Source: Deltaproteobacteria bacterium
GTDB lineage: Bacteria; Desulfobacterota; Binatia; HRBIN30; CADEER01
Direction: 5' to 3'
DNA: 64,000 nt
Assembly: GCA_029262455.1 (NCBI GenBank)
Contig: JAJCZJ010000087.1
Coordinates: 11,135-75,134 of the forward strand
In this document: piece after piece, positions 1 to 10,027 of the stretch
Layout: each line of letters starts with the position of its first letter
How positions within the stretch are numbered: position 1 is the stretch's first letter
Notes under the pieces: model-generated
Databases searched by the model: none
Seen by the model: only the letters and a program-made list of their open reading frames with translations
What the model was told of the DNA's origin: nothing
Made by a program: the position numbers and the translations under genes

Positions 1-75
1 GGCGTAGTTCATCAGCCCAGGGCAACGCCCTGGGGTACGAGGCCACGTGGGCTAGCCCTGTAAGGGCGGAATTCG
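1..75 (-). repeat. REP-like palindromic unit, inverted relative to the array at 521-675
   Basis: Positions 8-35 (ttcatcagcccagggcaacgccctgggg) are the exact reverse complement of 563-590. Contains the hairpin cccaggg/ccctggg. The rest of the unit aligns imperfectly with the downstream units. Confidence 0.7.
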
Positions 76-100
76 AAAGTTACAATCACTGTCGAAGATC

Positions 101-523
101 TTGATTCACCTTGTGTTCAGCACGAAAAATCGCGAACGGACGATCCGGAAGGACCTCTGCCCGGAGCTGCATGCGTACATCGTAGGAACGCTCAAGGGTC
201 TGGGTTGTCCGTCAATCCAGACTGGTGGCACAGATGACCATGTACACACGTTGTTCTCGCTCGGCCGTTCGCGCTCGGTTGCCGACGTGGCGGAGGATGT
301 GAAGAAACGGTCGTCGAAGTGGATGAAGAGCAAGGGCGGCGCGAGTTTCAGCTGGCAAGCGGGCTATGGGGCTTTCTCGGTTAGCGAGTCCAATGTGGCG
401 GAAGTGGTTCGCTACATCGAGCGCCAAGAGGAGCATCATAGCAAGATGACGTTTAAGGAAGAGCTCGTCTTGTTGCTGGAGCGTCACCGCGTGAAGTTTG
501 ACAACCGGTACCTGTGGGATTGA
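101..523 (+). mobile_element. REP-associated tyrosine transposase (RAYT, IS200/Y1-transposase-like)
   Basis: 140-aa ORF with HLVFSTKNR, an HUH-type DDHVHTLFSL motif and WQAGYGAFSVS (catalytic Tyr region). The only in-frame start is TTG, just 2 codons before the conserved first strand. Flanked by inverted REP units. Confidence 0.85.
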
Positions 524-675
524 ACTACGCCCTTTCAGGGCTAAGTGTGGCGGGGGCCCGTGCCCCAGGGCGTTGCCCTGGGCTGATGAATTGCGCCCCT
601 TCGGGGCTGGTGGCGGGGGCCCGTGCCCCAGGGCGTTGGCCTGGGCTGATGAATTGCGCCCCTTCAGGGCTGGTG
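521..675 (+). repeat. Tandem REP-like array (about 2.5 units of about 62 bp)
   Basis: The unit ggcgggggcccgtgccccagggcgtt(g/c)ccctgggctgatgaattgcgcccctt(c)(g/a)gggctggt is repeated head-to-tail. Each unit carries two GC hairpins: cccagggc-gtt-gccctggg and gcccc-ttc-ggggc. Confidence 0.8.
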
Positions 676-771
676 TCCTGGATCAATGGCTGCATCCCCT
701 TGGTTGCCAAGACGAAGATGCCCCCTACCTAAGACGCGGAGGACTTCACTCGAGTCATCTCGCGGCCTCGC

Positions 772-1089
772 CTAGCGCCGCAGAAAACCGAGAACAGCCC
801 GCGCAACCTGCTCGGGCTGTTCCGGTAGCATTGCATCCCCCGCGTTGGTGATCGTAACGACTTCGACGCGATCGGGAAAATCCCGCAGCAGCAACTGTGA
901 AGAAATCTCGGCCGGTGCGGTGCGGTCCATATCCGCTTGAGCGACAAACATCGGCACGACGCCACCACCCGGCACCCAATCGGAGAATGGAGTCGTGACG
1001 TTGGCAAGTTGAATCGTGCCGGCAATCCGCATCCCAACCGGGCGATAATCCGATGCCCGCAACTCTGGACAGACTCGACACTTTCTCAA
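772..1089 (-). pseudogene. C-terminal remnant of an alpha/beta-hydrolase
   Basis: The 105-aa ORF matches only the last ~85 aa of alpha/beta-fold hydrolases (VPMFVAQADMD...EVVTITNAGDAMLPEQPEQVARAVLGFL). The usual catalytic His position reads Asp. There is no room for the N-terminal two thirds, because the metH stop is at 1135. Confidence 0.45.
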
Positions 1090-1134
1090 ATCCTTCGCGA
1101 TAACCAGGCATTGCAGGGCACAACCGGCCCCGCC

Positions 1135-4100
1135 CTACCGATCGTCCGGGTCGTAGCCGAGGCTCGACTGCAGCCATCGCTCGGCTTCGGCTACCTTGAG
1201 ACCGACACGCGGCGCGTAGTCTACAACCTGGTCACGACCGATGCTGCCGACACTGAAGTAGCGTGCCTCCGGGTGGCCAATGTAGAGACCACTCACACTC
1301 GCCGCCGGCGTCATGGCATAGCTTTCCGTCAGATCGATACCGACGTCGCGCGCACTGAGCAGATCGAACAAACGGCCCTTTGGCGTATGATCGGGGCAGG
1401 CCGGATAGCCAAAGGCCGGTCGGATACCCCGATACTCTTCCGCGATCAGCGAGTCGTTCGACAGCTTGCCTGACGCAGCCTCGTGGCCCCAGGCCAGCCG
1501 CGCGCGCTGGTGCATCATTTCGGCGAGCGCCTCGGCGAGACGATCCGCCAGGGCCTTGACCATGATCGCATTGTAGTCGTCGTTGTCACGTTCGAACTTC
1601 GCCACAAGCTCGTCTGCGCCGATCCCAGTCGTCACCGCAAAGGCTCCAACCCAATCCTCGACACCCGACTCGACCGGCGCAATATAATCGGCCAGCGAGC
1701 GGTTCGGGCGCGTCCCGGGCGGCACGCCTTGATGCCGCAACATTGGGAACCGTACCAATTCCTTGTTTCGTTCGCCGTCACTCCAAAGCACGATGTCGTC
1801 ACCTTCAGAATTCGCCGGCCAAAAGCCCGCGACGGCGTTTGCCGTCAACGAGCCGTCCCGCACGATTGTCTCCAACAACTCGCGCCCGTTGTCGTAGAGT
1901 TCTCGCGCAGCCTCGCCGTAGGTCGGGTGATTGAGAATCTTCGGAAACTTCCCTTTGAGCTCCCAAGCGGTGAAGAAAAACGTCCAATCGATGTATTCGA
2001 CAATTTCGGCGAGGGGGATATCCCGCCACTCACGTCCGCCGACCCACGCGCTGTCCGGCACGGCGATCGAGTCGAATTCGACCTGGGCTCGATTCTTACG
2101 CGCATCGGCCAAGGAACGCAGCTTCTTGCCACCACCGCTCGCGTGAACCTCGACCAACCGAGCCTGATCCTTGCGATTCTGCTCGTCGAGGACGCTTTTT
2201 CGCCCCGGGTCGAGTAAATCCGAAACGACCCCAACCGCGCGCGACGCATCGTGCACGTGAACGACGCTCTCCGCGTAGTGCGGAGCGATCTTCACAGCAG
2301 TATGCTGCTTGCTGGTCGTCGCGCCGCCAATCAGCAGCGGAAGCTCCAGCCCCTTGCGTTTCATCTCCTTGGCGACGTGCACCATCTCATCGAGCGAGGG
2401 CGTAATGAGACCCGACAGCCCGATCAAGTTGCACTTCTCATCGATCGCCGTCTGCAAGATCTTCTCGGCCGGCACCATGACGCCAAGATCAACCACCTGG
2501 TAGTTGTTGCAGCCGAGCACCACACCCACGATATTCTTACCGATATCGTGCACGTCGCCCTTGACCGTAGCCATGACGATTTTGCCCTGCGTGCTGCCCT
2601 CCTCTTTCTCCCGGTCCATGTATGGCTCCAGGTAGGCAACCGCCTTTTTCATCGCACGGGCACTCTTCACCACCTGCGGCAAAAACATCTTTCCCGCTCC
2701 GAAGAGATCGCCAACGACCTTCATCCCGTCCATCAAGGGCCCTTCGATCACATCGAGTGGCTTGGGAAGCTTTTGGCGAGCCTCTTCCGTGTCCGCCTCG
2801 ATGAAGTCGATGACGCCGTGCACGAGGGAGTGCGACAGCCGCTGCTCAACGGTCGATTCACGCCAGCTGAGATCGAGCTCTCTCTTCTTGCCGCTGCCTC
2901 GAACCCTCTCGGCAAATTCGACCATGCGCTCAGTCGCATCCGGCCGGCGCGCAAAGATGATGTCTTCTACATGTTCGAGAAGGTCCTTCGGGATGTCCTC
3001 GTAGACACCGAGCTGTCCGGCATTGACGATCCCCATATCCATCCCGGCCTGAGTCGCATGGTAGAGGAAAGCCGTGTGGATCGCTTCGCGAACCAGATCA
3101 TTGCCGCGAAAGGAAAAGGACAAGTTCGAGACACCACCGGATATATGCACGCCCGGGCAGCGCGCCTTGATCTCACCCGCAGCCTCGATGAACGCCTTGG
3201 CGTATTCGTCGTGTTCCTCAATACCCGTCGCAATCGCCAGAATGTTCGGATCGAAGATGATGTCCTCGGGCGGGAAGTCGGCTTTCTCGACCAGCAGTTT
3301 GTAAGCGCGCTCGCAGATCTCGACTTTGCGCTTCGCGGTATCGGCCTGGCCAACTTCGTCGAAAGCCATCACGACGGCCCCGGCGCCGTAGCGGCGAATC
3401 TTGCGCGCCTTGGCGAGAAAGTCCTCTTCGCCTTCCTTCAGCGAGATCGAGTTCACGACACCCTTGCCCTGAACGCACTTCAGGCCCGCTTCGAGCACTT
3501 CCCACTTCGACGAGTCGATGACGATAGGGATGCGCGAGATCTCGGGCTCCGATGCGATCAGGTTCAGAAACGTTTGCATGCACGCAACACTGTCGAGCAA
3601 GCCCTCATCCATATTTACGTCGAGGAGATTCGCGCCACCGCGCACCTGATCCAACGCCACTTCGAGAGCTGTATCGAGATCGTCGTTTTTGATGAGTTTT
3701 CGAAAGCGCGCCGAACCTGTAACGTTTGTGCGCTCGCCGATCATCTGAAAGTTCGAGTCGGCGCGAATCGCCGTCGTCTCGAGACCGCTATAGAAGGACA
3801 CGCCCGTCGGCGGCTCCGGCACACGACGCGGCTCCACCCCTTCCACCGCTTTGGCGATCTCCGCGATGTGATCCGGCGTAGTACCGCAACAACCACCGAC
3901 GATGTTGACCAAACCGCTGGTGGCAAACTCGCCCACGAGCCCGCCCGTCGTCGGCGGTTCTTCGTCATACTCGCCAAACGCGTTTGGCAGCCCCGCGTTC
4001 GGATAACTCGACACCAAACAGTTCGCGATCTTCGCAAACTCCGCGACATAAGGGCGCATCTCGGTCGCGCCGAGCGAGCAATTGACCCCGACAGACAACG

Positions 4101-4830
4101 GCCGTGCATGCGCAATGGACCGGAAGAATGCGTCGACAGTCTGCCCCGAGAGCGTCCGCCCACTGGCATCGGTAATCGCCACCGAGATGGAAAGCGGAAG
4201 GTTGGTTCCGCGCTCCTCCTGGACATCGGCAATCGCCACCAATGCCGCCTTCGCATTGAGCGTGTCGAAGATTGTCTCGACGAGGAGAAGATCGACGCCG
4301 CCGTCGAGCAACCCATGCGCCTGCTCAGCATAGGCCTCGCGCAGCTGATCAAACGTCAGCGTGCGAAAGGCCGGGTCATTCACGTCGGGAGAAAGTGACA
4401 ACGTCTTCGGAGTCGGCCCGAGAGCGCCGGCGACGAAACGCGGCTTGTCGGGAGTCTTGGCCGTCCAGCGGTCGACGGCGGCACGAGCGATGCGCGCCGA
4501 CTCGGCGTTCAGCTCACGGCAGAAAGCCTCCGTCCCGTAGTCCGACTGCGCAATCGAGTTGCTGCCAAATGTATTCGTCTCGACGATATCCGCGCCGGCC
4601 GCCAAGAAGGCATCGTGAATTTCATCGATGACGTCGGGCCGCGTCAGCGATAGCAGCTCGTTGTCGCCCTTGAGCTCACTCGGATGATCGGTGAATCGGT
4701 TGCCGCGAAAATCGGCTTCCTCGAGGCCATAGCCCTGAATCATCGTGCCCATCGCACCATCGATCACGAGGATACGGGCCTCCAACTGCGCTTCTAGCGC
4801 GGAGCGATTTGGGCTCTTCTCTTGGCTCAT
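1135..4830 (-). CDS. metH: Cobalamin-dependent methionine synthase
   Basis: 1231-aa ORF with homocysteine S-methyltransferase, pterin-binding, B12-binding ([14 protein letters not shown]) and AdoMet-activation modules in canonical order. Confidence 0.97.
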   Translation of the reverse strand: MSQEKSPNRSALEAQLEARILVIDGAMGTMIQGYGLEEADFRGNRFTDHPSELKGDNELLSLTRPDVIDEIHDAFLAAGADIVETNTFGSNSIAQSDYGTEAFCRELNAESARIARAAVDRWTAKTPDKPRFVAGALGPTPKTLSLSPDVNDPAFRTLTFDQLREAYAEQAHGLLDGGVDLLLVETIFDTLNAKAALVAIADVQEERGTNLPLSISVAITDASGRTLSGQTVDAFFRSIAHARPLSVGVNCSLGATEMRPYVAEFAKIANCLVSSYPNAGLPNAFGEYDEEPPTTGGLVGEFATSGLVNIVGGCCGTTPDHIAEIAKAVEGVEPRRVPEPPTGVSFYSGLETTAIRADSNFQMIGERTNVTGSARFRKLIKNDDLDTALEVALDQVRGGANLLDVNMDEGLLDSVACMQTFLNLIASEPEISRIPIVIDSSKWEVLEAGLKCVQGKGVVNSISLKEGEEDFLAKARKIRRYGAGAVVMAFDEVGQADTAKRKVEICERAYKLLVEKADFPPEDIIFDPNILAIATGIEEHDEYAKAFIEAAGEIKARCPGVHISGGVSNLSFSFRGNDLVREAIHTAFLYHATQAGMDMGIVNAGQLGVYEDIPKDLLEHVEDIIFARRPDATERMVEFAERVRGSGKKRELDLSWRESTVEQRLSHSLVHGVIDFIEADTEEARQKLPKPLDVIEGPLMDGMKVVGDLFGAGKMFLPQVVKSARAMKKAVAYLEPYMDREKEEGSTQGKIVMATVKGDVHDIGKNIVGVVLGCNNYQVVDLGVMVPAEKILQTAIDEKCNLIGLSGLITPSLDEMVHVAKEMKRKGLELPLLIGGATTSKQHTAVKIAPHYAESVVHVHDASRAVGVVSDLLDPGRKSVLDEQNRKDQARLVEVHASGGGKKLRSLADARKNRAQVEFDSIAVPDSAWVGGREWRDIPLAEIVEYIDWTFFFTAWELKGKFPKILNHPTYGEAARELYDNGRELLETIVRDGSLTANAVAGFWPANSEGDDIVLWSDGERNKELVRFPMLRHQGVPPGTRPNRSLADYIAPVESGVEDWVGAFAVTTGIGADELVAKFERDNDDYNAIMVKALADRLAEALAEMMHQRARLAWGHEAASGKLSNDSLIAEEYRGIRPAFGYPACPDHTPKGRLFDLLSARDVGIDLTESYAMTPAASVSGLYIGHPEARYFSVGSIGRDQVVDYAPRVGLKVAEAERWLQSSLGYDPDDR

Positions 4831-5052
4831 CGATGTTTACTCCCAGGAAAACAGTCAATAAAACACCCGACCGAGCCAATATCTAGCCCGCCGGATTCCT
4901 CAGTCGACGAGCGTGCAATATCCCTTTGTGACCGATACGTGGCGAATCGCTATTGCTCCGGGACGGCCACAACAGGAAGAGAAAGTCCGTCCCGCTCGCC
5001 GCCGAACGCGGAGGATGTTATTCCGGCAAAAACGCAGTGTTGTCTCGTCCCG

Positions 5053-6438
5053 ATGTCCATTCGATCTATCGCCAGAGTCCTAGTCGCACTTGTCCCAGTC
5101 TTGGGGATCAGTGTCGCTCAGGCTCGCGCAGCTCCACTTTGTGGGGACGTCACCAGTGGGTGGTGCGTGGCCCGGAGGATCATCTCGACCGAGCGGCGCG
5201 GCGAGCTTGGATTTCGCTTCGGCGAACCGCTCGATGTCGACGGTGACGGCAAGGCGGACATCGCCGCCGGTGCCCGATTCAAGGAACGCGAACTGCACCA
5301 GGACGGCATGGCAGCCGTGTGGTCTGGAGAGACCGGCGAACAAATCCGCGCCTGGGACGGTGTCCTCCAAGACGGTCTCTTCGGCCACTCGGTACTGCCG
5401 TTGGCAGACCTGGACGGCGACGGGCTCGCCGACCTGGTGATCTCAGCCCCCAATGCGAAACGCGACGGCGCTGGACACGGAATGATCGTTGCCCGCTCGC
5501 CGGCGACCAACAAGGTGCTCTGGCAACGCTACGGTAAACGAGGCGAGAACTTCGGTTGGGATCTCGCGAGCGCCGGCGACCAGGATGGTGACGGTGTCGC
5601 TGACTTCTTCGTCGGAGCCCCGGCGCACGACGAAGGACGCGCCTATCTCGTGAGCGGTCACGACGGCAACCCCATCCGAGAATTCTCACCACAATCCGAT
5701 ACACCGACATTCGGCTGGTACGTTGCGCGCCTCGACGATTTGGACGGCGACGGATCCGCCGATCTCGTCGCCGGCTCGTACCTAGCGAGCGGGCCGGCCG
5801 GGCCATTCGCCGGCGCTGCGCACGTCTTTTCGTCAGCCACCGGAAAGATACTTCACCACTGGCAAGGACCTGAGGACCGATCCGGCTTCGGCGAAGTCGT
5901 CGAAGGGATCGGTGATCTCGACGGCGACGGCCGCGGCGACGTGGTGGTCGCGGCGCCTCGGACAAACGACCACTCTCACAAGCTTCCGGGTGACGTCTAC
6001 GTCTACTCCGGCGCAACCGGAGAGGAGACCCGACACTGGCAAGGAAAGCAGTCCGGCGAGCTCTACGGCCGAATGATCGCAGCAGCGGGCGATGTGGACG
6101 GTGACAGCGTCGAAGACCTGGCGATCGGGTCTCCGTGGTACCGTACACCGCTCGGCCGACGAGTCGGCCGCTTCGAGCTGCGCTCCGGCAGGACCGGCGC
6201 CATCATCGCCAACTTCCTAGGATCAGTAGCTGACGGGTGGTTCGGTTGGCACATTACCCGCGCGCCCGATCCCGACGGACTTGGACGCGCCGCACTGTTG
6301 ATCAGCACCTTGCGCCACCCGGCCGGCCTTGAAACCGGCACCGGGATTCTCGAGCTGTATGTGCTCTCCGAGCGGGCCGCTACCGAGCAGACCAATCCTC
6401 CACCCGCGTTGAGTCGCGATCGCGTCGAACAGCGGTAG
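5053..6438 (+). CDS. Secreted FG-GAP (integrin-alpha-like) repeat protein
   Basis: At least six DxDGDGxxDhhhGA(P) calcium-loop repeats (DVDGDGKADIAAGA, DLDGDGLADLVISAP, DQDGDGVADFFVGAP and others). Start moved to the ATG at 5053, giving the signal peptide MSIRSIARVLVALVPVLGISVAQA. Confidence 0.85.
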   Translation: MSIRSIARVLVALVPVLGISVAQARAAPLCGDVTSGWCVARRIISTERRGELGFRFGEPLDVDGDGKADIAAGARFKERELHQDGMAAVWSGETGEQIRAWDGVLQDGLFGHSVLPLADLDGDGLADLVISAPNAKRDGAGHGMIVARSPATNKVLWQRYGKRGENFGWDLASAGDQDGDGVADFFVGAPAHDEGRAYLVSGHDGNPIREFSPQSDTPTFGWYVARLDDLDGDGSADLVAGSYLASGPAGPFAGAAHVFSSATGKILHHWQGPEDRSGFGEVVEGIGDLDGDGRGDVVVAAPRTNDHSHKLPGDVYVYSGATGEETRHWQGKQSGELYGRMIAAAGDVDGDSVEDLAIGSPWYRTPLGRRVGRFELRSGRTGAIIANFLGSVADGWFGWHITRAPDPDGLGRAALLISTLRHPAGLETGTGILELYVLSERAATEQTNPPPALSRDRVEQR

Positions 6439-6494
6439 TCACCTGTCCGGAAAACCAATCGAACGAGCAAGCCCCGCCTGCGGCTGTTCCAGCT

Positions 6495-6599
6495 TCAAGA
6501 AAGGGCAGACTCGATAATCACCCGTTGGCCAGCTCGCACCTGTCGTAAAAGCTCCGAGAACTTGGCCTTGGCTTCGTACGTCGAATACCTCTTCGCCAT
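6495..6599 (-). pseudogene. Truncated Phd/YefM-like antitoxin N-terminus (34 codons)
   Basis: MAKRYSTYEAKAKFSELLRQVRAGQRVIIESALS* matches the conserved antitoxin N-terminus (STYEAKAKLSELLRxVxxGexViI). It stops prematurely and no toxin gene follows. Confidence 0.5.
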
Positions 6600-6643
6600 G
6601 ACGAATGCCGTAGTCCACTAGTCAGACTAGTCAAGTTAGGAAT

Positions 6644-8221
6644 TTACGGAATCATCAGGCGCGGCTGGCGCCGCATCGACATCAGATAGACCCGCAAAGC
6701 GCCCTTTTCATGCATCGACAAGCCTGCAAACGCATCGCGGGCGGCGGCAGCCTCGCCGTCATGACCGGCGATCGCATAGTCGAAACTCGGGGCACGACCG
6801 TCGTGTAGATACGGCGCCGAGTCGGCTACGCCCCAAAGCCTCGGCGTCATGTAGTGATCTTTGCCGACACCGCGCTGCTCATGGAGCGCCCGGTTCGCTG
6901 GCCCCATGTCGTGGCGCTTGAGATCGCTAAACAACCAGACCGGGTAGCCGTCGAGACTGGGCTCGTAGCGCAAACCCGGCTGCCGCATCGACGCCGCCAA
7001 ATCGATTGAGGGTAAACCCTCGAGCTCGAGGATAGGGCTCTTCAGTACCAACATCGGCCGATGACACTCGGCGCAACCAAGCTCGTGAAACGACTTGCGG
7101 CCACGCTGGAAATCGTCCAAAAAACTGGTAGTCGTCGGCCCGAGCAATCCGCTCGCGGCCGGCCCCAACTCTTCGCGCTGAATCAGCGGCTCGACAATCG
7201 GCATCTCCAAGAGAGCCAGGTGGACGATCATTGCGGACAACGGGCCATCCGCTAGTTCCGCCATCACACCATCGGAATCGGGATCCTGCGGATCGTCGCC
7301 GCCTCCGACCGCGTCAGCTGAGGCGATTCTGAGTAGCGCGTCACTCTGGACTCCCATGTGAACCTGCAAAGCATCGATCGCGAAGTCTGCAATGTCTATG
7401 AAGTTGCCTTTCCATCCAAACGGTTTGACGACCAAGTCCGCATCGACACCGCGAACCTCCGCGAGATCGAGGGAGCCGTCATCGGTAAGTCGCAACACGC
7501 CAAAGTCGACGCCCTTCGAGATCAATCGCACCTCGCCGGAGCCTTCGCGCAGCAAGTCAGAGCCAACCTGTTGTAGCTCGACGGTCATTTCACGCGCCAA
7601 CGCGACCACCACTCCGAGTCCCATCAAAGCCTGCGGATTGCGAGCGTCGCCACTCTCGACCGACTCACCATCGCCATTGAGAAACGCGTTGTCGAGTTCC
7701 GAACCAGCACCGTTCGGCCCCCCGACCCAGTGACAGGACGTGCACGAGATGGTTTCCGGGCCGCCGAACGCACCTCCGTGAACTCTTCTAAACGGACCGT
7801 TCGGGCTCTTCGCCGAACCCCCAGCACCCAAGCCGTCGGCAAAACCGTACTCGTGCTCGAAAATCATTCGGCCCAAATCCGCGACTGTTGCTAAGCAAAT
7901 ACCTCCGGTTGATAGAGTCGCCGCATCTACAAGTGTGTGAGCCTCGCGCAAAAAGGTCCCGGGCACTGCGGCCTCACGGAGTCTCTTCGCCCGTCGAATC
8001 TCCGCCCATCGGTGCGCATCGCGGGCCGCCTCCAAACTCAATGGAAGCGCTCGGCGCATCGGCGGACAATCAACCGGCCAATGAGCGGCGACCGGCTCGA
8101 CGTCGACAACCGGTGCACTTCGGCAAGCGCCCGACAGCGCTCCAGCAATCACCAGGCACGCGACCACTACCGGACTTCCGACACATCGAATCGTCCGAAT
8201 CGTCCGAATCGTCCGAATCAT
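6644..8221 (-). CDS. DUF1111-type di-haem oxidoreductase (putative peroxidase/thiol oxidoreductase), paralog A
   Basis: Two CxxCH haem motifs (CTSCH, CAECH) plus FSDLKRHDMGP and APYLHDGRA. Its ATG overlaps the upstream paralog stop as ATGA. Confidence 0.8.
   Translation of the reverse strand: MIRTIRTIRTIRCVGSPVVVACLVIAGALSGACRSAPVVDVEPVAAHWPVDCPPMRRALPLSLEAARDAHRWAEIRRAKRLREAAVPGTFLREAHTLVDAATLSTGGICLATVADLGRMIFEHEYGFADGLGAGGSAKSPNGPFRRVHGGAFGGPETISCTSCHWVGGPNGAGSELDNAFLNGDGESVESGDARNPQALMGLGVVVALAREMTVELQQVGSDLLREGSGEVRLISKGVDFGVLRLTDDGSLDLAEVRGVDADLVVKPFGWKGNFIDIADFAIDALQVHMGVQSDALLRIASADAVGGGDDPQDPDSDGVMAELADGPLSAMIVHLALLEMPIVEPLIQREELGPAASGLLGPTTTSFLDDFQRGRKSFHELGCAECHRPMLVLKSPILELEGLPSIDLAASMRQPGLRYEPSLDGYPVWLFSDLKRHDMGPANRALHEQRGVGKDHYMTPRLWGVADSAPYLHDGRAPSFDYAIAGHDGEAAAARDAFAGLSMHEKGALRVYLMSMRRQPRLMIP
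8187..8221 (-). repeat. 9-bp tandem repeat (cgaatcgtc, about 3.8 copies) encoding M(IRT)x4 at the 5' end of paralog A
   Basis: Read directly from the sequence: atcgaatcgtccgaatcgtccgaatcgtccgaatcat. In frame, it lies in the n-region of the signal peptide. Confidence 0.8.
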
Positions 8222-9768
8222 GGCAGGAACAATTTGGGCTGGCGGGACAGAGAGGCAAGAAAAACCCGAATGCTCGCTCGCTCGCCCTCGTCGAGAGCCA
8301 GGTACGCATCCCGGACAGGTGCTGCCGCACCGCCGTGTAGGACGATCGCATCGTGAACCGTCGGCGCCCGGCCATCGTGCAAATAGGGCGCAGTGTCCGC
8401 CAATCCCCAGAGCGGGCGCGTCAGAAAATGGCGCGCTGGGACACCTCCTTGTTCAGACCGGCTCGCCAGAGCAGGCCCCATGTCGTGCCGCTTCAGATCG
8501 CTGAACAGGTGCACCAAAAACGGTGTCGTCTTCGAAGCGTACTTTGGTTCCACCTTGGGCCCATCACCGTCGCGGGCAACGTCGACGACAAACCGCGGCC
8601 GTTCATCGGTCGTCCCGACATTCATCCTGGGATCGGCGATTTCCAACGTTGGGACATGACAACCCGCGCAGCCAATCACCTCGAAGGAGCTACGCCCGGC
8701 TGCAAACGCGTCGAGCAACCCACTATCTATCGGCGGCCGCAAGATCGGTGCCTCGAGTTGCGCCAGGTACCCGACCATTGTCGCCAACATCCCAGCATCG
8801 ACTTCTAGCGTGACGCCGTCATCGTCGAGATCGAACCAACGCTTTCCATCACCGTACGGCTGCCCATCCAATTCGCCATCGCGCACCTTTTCCTGAATCG
8901 GTAGCGACAACATACCCTGGTGAATGTGAAACGACTCTTCGATCATGCCGCGTAGGGTCGCTTGATGCCCCTTCCATCCAAACGGACGGACGACGAGATC
9001 CTCGGCAACCCCTTCAACGGCGGCGCGATCGAGCGATCCGTCTGGATGCCCCACGATGCGACCAAAAGACACCCCCTTGGCGCTCAGGGCCTGCTCGATG
9101 TCTCGCCCCTTTTCGCTTGCCTTCTCTGCGGTTTGCGCAGCTTGCGCCTGCAGCTCGTTAGTCATTTCAGCCGCCAGCACCGCAATCGGCCCGAGGCCCA
9201 AGAGGTGCGGCGGGTTGCGCTCGTCGGCACTACTGAGACGCCCGCCGTCGCCTAAGAGAAAGGCATTTTGTGTCTGCATCCCGGCACCGTCCGGCCCACC
9301 TTTGGAATGGCAACCAAAACATCCGAAAGCATCGGGTCCGCCTGCCGTTCCCCGATGCACGCGTCCGAGACGCGGCGTGTATCCAGGCGTCTTGCGGCCG
9401 TCCCGAGCCCCCCAGCCGTTTTCAGGACGCAATAACAACCCAAAGAGTTCATCGCCGACGACAAACAGAGTTTCCTTGGTAATCGGACGGTGATCGAAAT
9501 CGACCGTCGTCAGGGTTGCATGCTCAATGAGCTCTCCCGGGTCCCGGGCATCGAGCATGCGGTCAAAGTCTTCGCGCCGACGCAGCTCAACCGCCTCCCC
9601 CACTTGAACGAGAAGTGCTTCATCGCTGGGGATCACCATCTCGTCGGCCAATATCCCACCGAGCCATGTATCCTCGCGCGCTACTCCGGGGATCGCGACG
9701 ACGGCACCCAGGAGCGCAGCCGCCGCTCCGAAGCGGAGACCCGTACGATGGTTTGTCAGGCGGATCAT
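8218..9768 (-). CDS. DUF1111-type di-haem oxidoreductase, paralog B
   Basis: CFGCH and CAGCH haem motifs, FSDLKRHDMGP and APYLHDGRAPT. ATG at 9768 (MIRLTNHRTGLRFGAAAALLG..., SD-like GGTGGA) is preferred over the GTG at 9831. Confidence 0.8.
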   Translation of the reverse strand: MIRLTNHRTGLRFGAAAALLGAVVAIPGVAREDTWLGGILADEMVIPSDEALLVQVGEAVELRRREDFDRMLDARDPGELIEHATLTTVDFDHRPITKETLFVVGDELFGLLLRPENGWGARDGRKTPGYTPRLGRVHRGTAGGPDAFGCFGCHSKGGPDGAGMQTQNAFLLGDGGRLSSADERNPPHLLGLGPIAVLAAEMTNELQAQAAQTAEKASEKGRDIEQALSAKGVSFGRIVGHPDGSLDRAAVEGVAEDLVVRPFGWKGHQATLRGMIEESFHIHQGMLSLPIQEKVRDGELDGQPYGDGKRWFDLDDDGVTLEVDAGMLATMVGYLAQLEAPILRPPIDSGLLDAFAAGRSSFEVIGCAGCHVPTLEIADPRMNVGTTDERPRFVVDVARDGDGPKVEPKYASKTTPFLVHLFSDLKRHDMGPALASRSEQGGVPARHFLTRPLWGLADTAPYLHDGRAPTVHDAIVLHGGAAAPVRDAYLALDEGERASIRVFLASLSRQPKLFLP

Positions 9769-10027
9769 TTCCACCCAACCTGCACAATTCAACCGCCGTA
9801 GGAAAGCCCAACCCAACCCTTCGGGACGCACAGCGCAGCCATGTCAATTCATCGGCTCGGACAAAGCCCCAAACCGGAGCAGCCGAAGTCTAGCCGTCCG
9901 GGGTCGTTCTTTTCAACGGACTGCCGGCCCCCGGAGGAATTCTCACTGGGGTGACCGATACTTTGCCGCAAGAAATCGGATCGAGTCAGCTCACCGGATA
10001 CATAGGCCCAGACAATCAAACTCGTCG

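Noticed and set aside
521-675. Possible CRISPR array
   Set aside because: The repeats are contiguous with no unique spacers, are imperfect and strongly palindromic, and are mirrored upstream of a RAYT gene. There are no cas genes. This is a REP array, not a CRISPR.
2251-4398. 715-aa ORF on the plus strand
   Set aside because: It is entirely antisense to metH. The translation is Arg/Leu/His-rich and low-complexity, typical of shadow ORFs in high-GC DNA. metH on the other strand has unambiguous homology.
4831-5052. Possible riboswitch (SAH, SAM or cobalamin) in the metH leader
   Set aside because: I could find only a single hairpin (cgggacgg...ccgtcccg, 4959-4993). No B12-box or SAH-riboswitch consensus was recognisable by eye. 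An Rfam scan would be needed, so it is not reported.
5279-6148. 289-aa Arg-rich ORF on the minus strand
   Set aside because: It is antisense to the FG-GAP repeat gene. The composition (poly-R/S/P) is not protein-like.
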